A stretch of 64,000 nucleotides of DNA. It comes from the human T2T-CHM13v2.0 reference genome, Homo sapiens. Numbering within the stretch: the stretch's first letter is position 1; each line of letters begins with the position of its first letter. Below, in pieces: positions 60,540 through 64,000 of this stretch. The stretch is from NCBI RefSeq assembly GCF_009914755.1, contig NC_060935.1. One strand, given 5' to 3'. Made by a program: the position numbers and the translations under genes. A model generated the notes under the pieces. The model saw nothing but the letters and a program-made list of their open reading frames with translations, was not told the DNA's origin and ran no database searches.

Positions 60540-64000
<3,461 letters not shown>

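Overview
Primate (most likely human) genomic DNA from inside a large minus-strand gene that I recognise as DLG2 (PSD-93/chapsyn-110, a MAGUK scaffold). Two coding exons are supported. One is a 69-nt exon at 48889-48957 (HSQHSTATRQPSMTLQRAVSLEG, not in the ORF track). The other is the 157-nt exon starting PDZ3 at 8055-8211. They splice in frame across a ~40.7-kb intron. The rest is intronic and rich in transposons: Alus, L1PA/L1M, L2/MIR, MLT1/MLT2/THE1, a MADE1, and a dead L1PA with a complete 5' end running off the right edge. The most unusual structure is a young inverted duplication with two 423-bp arms (56467-56889 and 57518-57940). The arms are ~98% identical, enclose a 628-bp spacer, and have a template-switch-like junction. 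It sits ~0.5 kb downstream of the L1 antisense promoter, which faces the DLG2 sense direction. Other leads are an L1 fragment inserted at the branch-point region of the 69-nt exon, a speculative 81-nt phase-compatible cassette exon, and a templated palindromic insertion in L1 ORF2. I see no evidence for a new protein-coding system. Almost all listed ORFs are repeat-derived or chance. Repeat subfamily names are from recall of consensus sequences and need RepeatMasker confirmation.
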